This document shows, piece after piece, positions 50,260 through 61,100 of a DNA stretch of 64,000 nucleotides. Made by a program: the position numbers and the translations under genes. This stretch comes from Leucoraja ocellata (lineage: Eukaryota), in assembly GCA_036785375.1 (NCBI GenBank), contig JAWMAR010000051.1:3038001-3102000 (forward strand), given 5' to 3'. Numbering within the stretch: the first letter of the stretch is position 1; every line of letters starts with the position of its first letter. The notes beneath the pieces are model-generated. The model searched no databases, was not told the DNA's origin, and saw only the letters and a list, made by a program, of their open reading frames with translations.

Positions 50260-50485
50260 AACACAAGAGACTGCAGGTGCTGTAATCTGGAGCAAAACAA
50301 TAACAACTGGGAAAACTCAGTGGATCAGGCAGCACCTGTGAAGGCAAAAGGTTGATCAATGTTGTGGATTGGAACTCTTTCACCTGGACCCATCCACCCA
50401 CCATGGTCTCAGCCCACAACATTTACCTAGCCCATGCCTCCTCTGATGCTGCGTGACGCGCTGAGCTCTTCCAGCAGTTTTGACA
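50260..50485. mobile_element. Old Penelope-derived fold-back remnant
   Basis: ACTGCAGGTGCTG..AACTCAGTGGATCAGGCAGCA arm versus GATGCTGCGTGACGCGCTGAGCTCTTCCAGC. Confidence 0.55.
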
Positions 50486-52024
50486 TGCTCCTGGTAATAA
50501 TATCTTTTTAGATAAATGGCTATATTGGCTAGAAATTGTTCAGAATCCAAGGGATTTAATTTCATAAACTGGGAAAATTCACTGTCCCAACCTCAACTTT
50601 CCCTTCAAACCTGTGAAACGTTTCTAGGCATTAACATGAGAGACCATTTGAAGCTCAGGATTCTTTTTTAAAATTGGTGATAAAACCAGACCAAGTAATA
50701 TTCGGTGCTGCAAGTAATAGGTTTCTAGGAATTCAACAAATTAATTACTCCAGAAGCAAACTTTCCATTACACTATCCTAGGGAAGCCTGGCATTATATC
50801 AATATTTAAGTAATAAAAAGATGTCATTAAGGAAAAAGTACACCAAACTGAAAAAACTATTGGGTATTATGTTTTCTAATTATTAAAAAAAATTCCACTT
50901 AATTCATTTTTGTGCAATAATAGTGATTGTATCAAGTACAGTCACTGGAGAATAATAAATAGTATTGGCCGTGGTTGGAAATTCACATCACCTCACCCCA
51001 CTTCTGCATTACAATGCATGGTATTACCAGCAAAAATAAAATCATTTTAATTCTGGGGGGAGCTAAGAGTGGTACATAATTGGACTAGAAATAACTCAAA
51101 TGCATATTGGAAATTGCTAAGTAGCAGCAAGTCTGATAGCCACCCATAACTCTTAGAGTTATGGCTTAGAGTTCATTGTTAAGATTCACACACTTCATTT
51201 TGTGAGGACCTCCAAATATATGGCTGGCCATCATTCAACTACATGGAAGCTTACAATGACATCAATCCAAAGGTAGGATTTTGTCTTCTATCAAAATCGT
51301 AAACTGTCCAATTAATGCGTAGAAACAGCTGAGCAAAGTTAAATCCATTGATGAAACTTTAGACAGTGTATGTCCCTCTTGCGGAAAGAGGTTCAGAGGT
51401 TACATGTAACAGGAAAATTTAAATCAAATAAAATATATATTTTTCCACAAGCTTCTGAAAAAAAAAATCCAGAGCTATTTCCCTTTATGAAATCTCTTTG
51501 TCCACCCTTTTTAATTATTGTGTCAAAAGTTTACTTTTACAATTAGCTAATCTTTAGTGATCGAGGGATATTAAAATGATAAAAACTGTAAGTATTCCTT
51601 TGAATCTTAGGGCACACGTTCCTTCAATTTTTGAAGGAAAAAAATGCCATTAAAAGCTTCCATAAATAGATCTTCCTCGTATACTTCAATCTACAAACTG
51701 GTTTTCAGTTTTTAAAAAATGACCCCAGGCACATTTAATGGATCTTAAACCATGCAATCACAAGGTAGTTTTATATTAACAATCTGCCATTGCGGGTCGT
51801 CCTGTGTGCCTGTCAACACTGATGGTGCATCAGAATATAAATGAACTTTGAATGTCACACTTCCATACGTCTCAAGTGTAGCTGTCGGAAGGATAGAAAA
51901 CAAACAGATGTTCCTTTTGCCCTCTAAGAGGGAGAAGCAAGACATGTGCAGCAAAATTGGAAGGGCAATGTTTGGAATTGACTGGTGTTCAGCAGAGCAG
52001 TCCTCTTCTGAACTACCCCTAGCC

Positions 52025-52074
52025 AAAGTGTTCCCAACCTGGGGTAAATTTACCCCCAGGGGGTAAATCTCACC

Positions 52075-52112
<38 letters not shown>

Positions 52113-52264
52113 TAAATTTGTTGGGTCTGGATTTGTACATATTCATTCTCATTGTTAATGTTAACTATTTGCTCTCACTGTCAACATTAACTAATGAAGT
52201 AACATTGTTATGTTCTATTAAAGTTGCCAGGGGTAAACAGGACGAGAAAGGTTGGGAACCCCTA
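52025..52264. mobile_element. hAT-like MITE with internal poly-G
   Basis: TIR core GTTCCCAACCT / AGGTTGGGAAC; degenerate 8-bp TSD CCCTAGCC / CTCTTGCC; repeated GGGGTAAA subterminal motifs. Confidence 0.75.
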
Positions 52265-53618
52265 CTCTTGCCTTTCAGTTGATAAATACTGTTACTAGCA
52301 CAGAACCACATCCACTGGTATCTTGTGATTTTCACTCTTTGAATAAAAGGTCTACTGGGCCAACAATGCTGTTTATCACTTCCAGTGATAGTAATTTCAA
52401 ATATGCAAAGTTTTCACATTTACATATGAACACCTGGTCTTATTGTTGATACCCCGCCATTAGAAAGATGAAAGGCAAAGCTCGCAGTTGAGGAAGGACC
52501 ATACACGGACTTTCCTTGTCAGGTCCACTATTCTAATACTCAACGTAAGAAAGCAAAAAATTATTCATACCCCAAAATAAATTCAGAACAGTTACTCTAT
52601 CACCTTAATTACTAATTGTCTTCAAATAGGCTGATAATCCAGCCATCTGCATGAAAATGTCTACAACTGATGATAACTATTAGCAGTATAAACATTTATA
52701 ACCTGTTAGTCTGTGGAAATGTTAATGGAACATGCTACTTTCTTGGAGGGGTGTGGGTGAACAAGGGGAAAAAACAGCCATAACTGAGAAAGACTGTAGG
52801 AAAAATTGAATGTGGATATAATGTTAAATTGAAACATAAATAGCACTGTTACTTTAGACAGTTGTGGATTCGCCCTTTTTCCAGAATTTAAACACACATT
52901 CTTGGCTGATACTTGTTCAGTAAGTAATAATGCTGTTACAGTTGTCACTGGTGCAATTATCTGATTGACTAAAAAAAAAGGGATATTCAGAGGATGTGAA
53001 AGGCACTTGTCAATTGTTTGTCATTTCATTATTTCACTCCATAATTGTAAATTCTCTCTTTATTCCAGGTGTCTGTCGATAATCTGGCTTCCTGGGTGCA
53101 TTTGTGGTAGTTATCTACAATGGGACAGGATTTAGCCCTAACACCTCTCAAAGTATAAATGGTCTAAGTAGAAATATTCTGAAGACATATTTAGAAATAT
53201 ACAATGCTTAAACATGAAATTGGTCTTAACATATATTTTGTTTTGGAGAAAGATTGATAAAGAAAGGTACATGATATTATGAATGCCCATTAACTGCCCT
53301 GTCAAAAACGTCAACCACATTAGTCTTCATGGCGAATAATAACCTGGAAGTTTAACCTTTGATTTAAATAAAACATCACTTATTTGATATTGTGTTGTTG
53401 GCTTCTAAAATTTGGATCACATACAAAAACAGTTGCAATTTCCAACCCTAAATGAGACTTCTCATAATTAAGGTAAGGGGATACAATGAATGATCCACAA
53501 ATTGTGATTATTCTTAACTAAGCATTAATAATCTTCACACTTTGTATCTTGATGAAGGACTGCTTTTGCAGTTTTCAGATTGGTTAAAGTAACTTAGTTG
53601 TGTACAGTCCTAAATCTG

Positions 53619-54395
53619 TAAGAGTTCGGTATTCCGACTGAGCATGCCCAGGTCATAAGTCACTCGCTATAAACATTCTCGGCAACTGTGGTGCTGCGTT
53701 GTGTGCAGGCTTGCGTTTCGTCCGTGGTCGGGGTCGGGTCTCCGGTGCTGTGGGTGCTGTTGAGTTGCCACTGGGCCGTCCCCATCCACTCCCGGGTGTC
53801 CAGTCCCTGTCCAGGGGTGGCCCTGGTGGCCCCGGACTTGCAGCCGGCACGGGGGGGGGGGGGGGGGGGGGCTGTCTCCAGCTCGGCTCTGCCTGTCCCG
53901 CAGGGATGGCAGGCAGCCCTGGACTGTCCCACTGGGTTGGCCAGCAGTCCGGGCCCTGCCCGGAGCGGTGGCGGCCCTGGACTTGCAGCCATCGCGGGGG
54001 CAATGGCTCCGGCTCGGCTTTGCTCTGGGGGGGATGGGAACGGTTCAGTGGCGGTAAGCAACTTTTGCGGCGACGGGGACCTGGGTTCGATGGCTGCGGA
54101 TGAGGTGCGGATCTGTGTGCTCGCAACTGCCGAGAATGTTTCTCCGCCGGTCCAGTCTCTCCCCGTCTCCCAATCGCATCTGCCCCCTCTCTCTCTCGCT
54201 GTTACAACCCACTCTCCCACTACCTGGCACACCTGTTCCTAAGATTAAATGTATTTTTACACATAAATCATGAATAAAGATAAGAATTTATACACAGTTT
54301 ATATAGGCAGCGCTTTGTTCGCTTTTTCTTTATAGCGAGTGACCTTTGACAAATCCCATGATTCCTTGCGTTTTTCAGAATACCGAAATCGCTTA
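53619..54395. mobile_element. Unclassified GC-rich element with bipartite imperfect terminal inverted repeats
   Basis: Left TAAGAGTTCGGTATTCCGA..GTCATAAGTCACTCGCTATAAA versus right TTTATAGCGAGTGACCTTTGAC..TCAGAATACCGAAATCGCTTA; CpG-rich interior. Confidence 0.6.
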
Positions 54396-55338
54396 TTCAA
54401 CATGCACTTCTAATAAATTGGAACATCAGTAGAAATGGAAACCACTCTCACGATTCGATTTTTTTTAACATTAAAATAAACTACATCAACGATACTGAAC
54501 ATGGTTATTAATATGCCACTTACAGCAAACCATGGGACAATGTCTGCTGCAAAAGGCTTAAAAGCCCAATAGGAAAATATAAATGTATGCAATAATTCTT
54601 TAAAGTTTGCCTAGTTTCTGCATAATATTCTTAAAATTATAAAACGTGGAATTTTACTTTATATTGACCGATATCCAAACTACAGTTTATCACAACTGTG
54701 ATTTTGTTCATTCTTTTGATGAAAGGATACTCTGCAGGAATGTGTGTCTCGTTGAATGTGTAACAATCATTAACAAGTAGTGAAAATTATTTCCAACCCG
54801 AGGGAGGGAAATGAGGATCTATCCACTCAGACGCTGTGTGAAGAAGACATTTCTGCTGAGTAATGTTTTACTGATTCTCCGAAATGACTAAATGAAAAAA
54901 ACTAACCAACATTCCAAGTTTGATGAAAAATGATCTGATGTTGTAATTCCACAATGGTCTCAGTTTTTATTAAGATAATTTAGAACAAACTAAAACTTAA
55001 TATTCCAAGCGTTTATGACAAATGCAATAGCCATTTTGCAGGTGACACTGGGAGTTGGTTGAAGAACAACTAGTTCAAATCAGAAAAACGAAACTGCAGA
55101 TTAGGGGTAAATATACGCGGAGCAGAGGGAGGGTGCTGCTGCTAGTGGACAGCCTTCATATTCTCATTTGAATAATGCGGCCTGAATCTGTCAGTTTACT
55201 CACCATCCCTCTGCTCAATCTATAACTACATCAAGAACTATTTAAAAAGTACACAGAAGACAAGAACCATCATTGTTTTGTTTTTTCTTGTTGCAATAGG
55301 CGTGACCACAGAAAATGCAATAATCTCCTCAGACTTAC

Positions 55339-55446
55339 CTTCACGTCAGAGAAGAACATCTTCAGCATGTTTGAACTGGGGTACCGCGTGTAGAAGAACA
55401 TCAGCTTCGCCTTTTTGAGGTGGTTGGGTGACAGTCCCTCCTGTAT
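55339..55446 (-). CDS. PROX1: PROX1 internal coding exon (start of atypical homeodomain; equivalent to mammalian exon 3)
   Basis: Minus strand translates [36 protein letters not shown], the Prospero-type homeodomain N-terminus. 108 nt, phase 0, the size I recall for the mammalian exon. Donor AAG|GTAAGT at 55338; acceptor ...CATCATAC|ATA (AC-ending intron). Confidence 0.96.
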
Positions 55447-55470
55447 GTATGATGCTGAGCGTCAAGGAAA
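55447..55470 (-). promoter_or_regulatory. U12-type (minor spliceosome) branch site and AC 3' splice site of PROX1 intron
   Basis: Minus strand TTTCCTTGAC (55470-55461) matches the U12 branch consensus TTCCTTRAC. It is followed by 14 nt ending in AC directly before the exon, with no polypyrimidine tract. Confidence 0.9.
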
Positions 55471-57924
55471 ATCTACGGAGCATTTATGGGAAACAACACT
55501 GTTTGAAGAGAACACTTCTGCTGAGCAATGTCTTGGTGACCCTCTGAAAAGTCTAAATAAATTAAAAAAGCTAACCAATATTCCCACGTTCAAAGTAAAA
55601 AAGGAGGTACACAAAATTTTAATTATTTCGATTTGCTCTACTATTACCCCCAGACATTAATCAGGAGAGAACAGAAATATTGCACTGTCTATAGATTAAT
55701 AATAATGGATACAACACTTACAATCATCACAAGTCTTACAGTGTTGTTACTTCACTGATAAAAGCTGCAGTATTCGAGAAGAAATGAAAAAGGCTATTAT
55801 ATTGTGTCAGAATAAGTCACAACTGACATTACAATTTAACAAGTTAGCTGGAGATGCAAAAGAAACTCACAAAACAAATAAGGGCATTATTATAAAGTTA
55901 AAAATTAAACATCTTTGCTCATAGCAGAGAACACAGTATGCCTGGAAACCTTGCACAGAGAGGTTAGCGAATAGATCTAGAGATATCTGACCTACGCAGG
56001 GGTACTGAACCAAGATGTATGAAAGGTTAGTTTTCTGACAGACAAAGAGCCCCCAAGGGCCAGCTGATCAATATTTTTTTTCTTACATTGATAAAGAACC
56101 CTATTTATCTGCAAATATTACTACCCTTCAGGTCTGTAGACAGAAGCTTCCTAAAATAGTTCCCAGGAGAAAGTTTAATGCGAGGCTAACCGTAACAATC
56201 TAGCAATTCTGTTTTTCAAATAGCTTCCTTGGCACTCTTTTGTGCTTTGTGCATTAGTAGGGGTTTGGCACATCTGCGCTGCAGTTCGCCCACCATTTCC
56301 TCCACAAATTAATGGCTTTATAATTTATCAGAAATGAAGATGCATGTGGAGAAAATCAATGTGGGCCCCGGAAGGTCAATTAAGGGGTGCTTTCCAGAAG
56401 TTATTCCAAAGGGTATTATATTGAAGATTACATTTAAGAGCAAAAATGCTGTTAACTTCCATGGCTACACAAGTCATTTTGAAAAGATCTACTAATTTAT
56501 TTGAGGTGAAATCATTGTAAATGGAGATCCTATCTAAATGAACAAACTCTTAAGCAACTCGATCAAGCTGATGCTTTGTATTTCGAAAGCTTAATGATGG
56601 CTAAGATGATAACTCATGATTGACATGCTTCTTGTACCAAGAGGGAAGAGTTGAAAAACCTTCTGTGACCTCCATTAGACTGATAGGGAAGACTAAAAGA
56701 GCATTACACTCTCCACTGCCATCTGTCATAATGCATAAGTGAAATGACGATGGCAAATGAAAGGAAGTATAGCAAGCTGTTCTGCAGCGGCACATGAAGT
56801 GCCGAGAACTAAAAGAATCAATGCCTGCCTGCGCTGAAGGAAATAATGGAAGGAGGAGAAACAGACAGAATCTTCAAAATGCTTTAAAGATGCAAACAAA
56901 ATATTGCAAGGTAGACATTGCCATATGGAAAACTGCTGACTTGCAAGGATATCATCTTTTGAACTATATCCCAATTTAAATTCCTATTCAGGAATGCACT
57001 CCTTTAGAATCCATTTATCAGTTTCAGTTCAAATACAAACATTTAAAAACCAACTGGTGAATTCTGACGTACCCAATCCAGATTACTGAAGGAAGACTAC
57101 TGGGAAAGAGAGATTAGGGTTGAATGAATTGGCAATATTAGAATATTAATACAGGAACACTAAACAGTTGCACATCTTCCTGTTCATTATAAATGGAATA
57201 TGCAGGTCCACGCCACCATGAATCAATGTTTAAATTTTACATTAAAAAAAAATTAAGATCAAGAACAGTTCACAATATGCCCTCTAATGTATATTTAGCA
57301 CAGAGTTAAATTGATAAAGTAATAATGGTTTATGTTGAATCCACTTAGTTAAAACATACAATTAACTAAACTATAATTTGTCACTCTCTCCCTCTCTCTG
57401 GTTTGGAAATACAAGACCATTCTAATCATGGCATCTCAACCTCTCAATTATATTCCCAACCAGCTCTCTATGTTGCGGGCATGGGCCTTCTCTTTCAACT
57501 ACATTAAAAACTGGTAAACTTTGTTATCCAGCGTTCCTTACTACATTATTTTTAAATCATTCATGATGCATCAGAAGAAAAAAAACCCCACATCTAAAAC
57601 AAAATTTTCTGGTGGAAAATAACAATGATCATTAATGCCTAAATTATTATTACAGATTTACCACAAGGCTAAAATCCCATAAGATCATGAATTGCACAAA
57701 GCAATTTTACAGGGTTACATCTGTTACGCCAGTGGCACTTTGGCAAACAGAAGATTACATTGCATTTACCAGGCTAAAATCTCCTGGAAGATAAAATTAA
57801 TATAAATTTTATCTCGTTGCATCTAAATGATGTGGTTTAATTGATCTACCATTGAAATTTATAAAATGTGATGGCCAGCTAATTAATAAAATGACTATCA
57901 AATAAAAAGAAAATGGAGGTGGAT

Positions 57925-58195
57925 AACATCAGGGACAAGTTTCAAGGCAGGGTATAAGATGTTTACTGAGCAACCTACTAAAGGGAGGTTGGAAGCTGGA
58001 ACTCACTGCCTGAAGGGGTGGAGATTTGTGCAGCATTTATGAAGTATCTGGCCAAGCACCTGAATCACCAAGGCATGGAAGGCTACAAGCTGTGTTGGTA
58101 AATGAGATTAGTATAGATACAAACTGTAGGCACTTGATGGTCACATGGACATGGTGAGCTGAGGGCCTGCTTCTAAGCTCATTGGCTCTACGACT
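57925..58195 (+). mobile_element. Old CR1 3' fragment
   Basis: CTGGAACTCACTGCCTGAAGGGGTGG..CATTTATGAAGTATCTGG..GGACATGGTGAGCTGAGGGCCTGCTTC. Confidence 0.7.
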
Positions 58196-61100
58196 GCTTC
58201 AGGTACTTCAGTACAACAGTTTTTCCTACATTCGTTATTATCATGAAAATTACAGCAGCCTACATTAAAATATGGCTGTTAAGAAAGTAGTGCGTTTGCA
58301 GACTTGATCTTGCTTTTATTTTCCAAAAAACCTTGGATTATTACTATATTTGTCCACAATTTTACTCGAATTTGTTCTTGGGATGCAGTGATGTGATATT
58401 TATTGTTCATCCTTAATTGCTCAGAAAGCATGCTTTATTCAGATTTAACCCTTATTAAATATCGAGATGAGGAAATGTTCTTTTATAAATAGCAACTTCA
58501 TGCAAGCTAAACTTCATTTAGTCACAAATCTGTTATTGACTAAATTACTAAAGTTAATATCAAAATTAAAAGTTTTGAAGGGATATGTATTAACTAACTT
58601 GGTGGGCAGATTCCATGTCAGCAACTTGCTCTGTGGGTGTTTCAAGGAAGGGCAGATGTAATTTGAGGCCTCATGCTGTAGCAAAGCCAAGTAAAACTGA
58701 TCGCCATGGAGTTGAAAGTGGCATTAACTCAATTTTGCACGGATATATTGTGCAAACCTACAACTAGCGAGTGGTTCAAAATCCAATTTTAGAAAAGTTT
58801 ATTACAAAAACACTTGGTCTATTTCAATTTGTTAAATGACCACATCTGTTGAGAGCAACCGCAGGTGAAGAAACCAACTGCCTCCAATCTTTTCATCACC
58901 TAACAAGCACTGCTCAGGTAGCCACAAGAGCAATGTGTAAGGCAGATGAATTTGCTCCAGATACTTTTTGAGAATGTTTTGCATTAACTGTTTACATTCT
59001 CAGTTAGATGGGAAACAATGATGCAGGTTATCCCTGGCCTCCACTCACCTTTGGCTATTAATAGGATGCACGAGGAAGGGTAGCATGCCTCTCTATCCCC
59101 TCCCCCACCACATTATCTTTATTTACCTTCATTCAGGCAGCATGCCTCTAGCGTGGCAGCCATATTTCTATTAATGACCCCGCACAGTTAACCTTGACAA
59201 CAGAACAATAGGTGGGGTCGTGGACTTGCCACTAGAGACCAAAATAAGTGTAGAAAAAGTCACTACTGTGGAATCCTCTGGGAAAGGTGGAGAAAATGTT
59301 TTCTCGCAAACTTCACGAGGAATTTTTGGCCTCCAGCCCTGATATGGTAGAGATCATTCCCATATTTATCAACTTTCAATGTCATTTTTGCTCCCACTTA
59401 CTGGTTCTAAATGTCATACATCTCAGATTCCTGTGAAAACCACCCCCCAGGTTTATACATCAATATAAAACCTCACAAGAATGTAATTAATTATATCTCT
59501 ATGCCAAATACCTGCACAAGGATATGAATTGTGTTCTTGGGCTAAGAACACTTTCATTTTCAGAAGGAATGAAACAAGGGAGTACACAAATAATGTGTTT
59601 CTGCATCTTCAATTCCTGGATGTATTAAAAATGATTGAAAATCAGTCTGACCAACAACAGAAAATATTGTTTACTGCGGATCCCTTCTTCTTTAGGGTTC
59701 AGTGGGTGGGATGGGGTTGGTTTATGACAATTAACAGTGCACACCTTCAGAAGAAGAATTTCACTACCTAAAGAATTATTAATTTATTAGCATTTAATCA
59801 AAATAACTAAATGAACTTTAAAGATTTATTGGATTATATGAACTCCGTTAATCTGTTTAATGTTTTGTGAATTTATAAGAAAATTTAAAGCTAATGGAGA
59901 AAAATGACTCACTTTAATTTGTCATGTGTTATTTGTTAGATCAGCTGATATGTTTACTGTGTTCTTCCAAGAATTCTATAGCAGAAATATATCTGCTCTG
60001 TTATTCATTCAAGGAATGATTTTAAATAAAACATTGACACAAAGTTAAATGTTTATTCAAATATTATCCATTATAGTACATTTATTTAATTTGTGTTTTC
60101 CAGATTTCATTATCTATAGCCCCTTTTGTCTACATTTAAAATATAAAACATTCAAACTTAATTTGATCCTGTGCGTTTTATCCTTCTTATCCACTTCAAA
60201 CAAATGGACCATGATGTAAATTTTTACAGTAACAAAAGTTATTCTCTATATATTTACGTCATTGTGTCAACAGGAACATATGTTTTTATATTGCCTGCAA
60301 TGGATAAGGAAAATGTTAATCTGTCTTCTCAGGAATTTCAAAAAGAAGTGCACCCACTTTACTATTTCTACACAGACTGCCTACGACTTATTTCAAAGCT
60401 CTTCAGCAAGGGGATGCATCTTTGCAGCCTGTCAACATCCTCCTGCTACAATGCATTCACTGCTTAAATTCTAATCTCTTAATATTATCATTGGACCCCC
60501 TTGTTTAAAAGACAACAAAAACAGATGAGGAGCATCGTTTGAAAGTAAATGGTATCAAGTGCTGTGCTTTCATTATTTGTGTCTAACCAGCATTTCAGAG
60601 ATCATTCTATGTGGGGAGCTGTGCTTGCTGAAAAGGCATTTAAAGAGCCAGGACAGCTCAATTTAATATCTGCAGTTCTTGGTAGTGCTGATCCATGGTG
60701 GATGTGCCCAATCACCATGTAGTACACAGAGCGTTTGCAATTACTTAAAACTTTATACTTAACATTTATTTCCAATTTGTGGACAGAGGTGGTAAAAAGA
60801 ATATTTGTTCAACCTTGCACTAATAATTCACATAACTAATTATAATCACCCTTTAATAAGATTAACATTCCATAGTTTAATATCCTTGCACAATTGTTTA
60901 AAATATATATATATTCTAATTATATCTGGTGTAGAAATAAATTGTTTATTTCTATCTTATTTCATTCTAGACATACTTTCCTCTTATCTTAAAAGAAAGT
61001 TAGAATAAACTGTATTATATTTTCTATTCTGCAAAATATCACAGCAATAACTGACATGACTGCAGCACAATACAGAACATCAACTCTGACATTAAAGAGC

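Larger units (their letters stand above)
45295..55338 (-). other. PROX1: PROX1 GT-AG intron (10,044 nt)
   Basis: Bounded by the GTAAGT donor and CAG acceptor of the two in-frame exons. Confidence 0.92.

Noticed and set aside
53653-54242. Overlapping 130-190 aa ORFs on both strands
   Set aside because: Stop-poor GC-rich interior of a repeat element; low-complexity Pro/Gly/Arg translations with no recognisable domain.
55339-55440. 102-nt version of the PROX1 exon using the CAG at 55443-55441 as the main acceptor
   Set aside because: There is no polypyrimidine tract, and a U12 branch site plus AC gives the 108-nt exon that keeps the conserved x-Q-E-G-L start. Retained only as a possible minor isoform.
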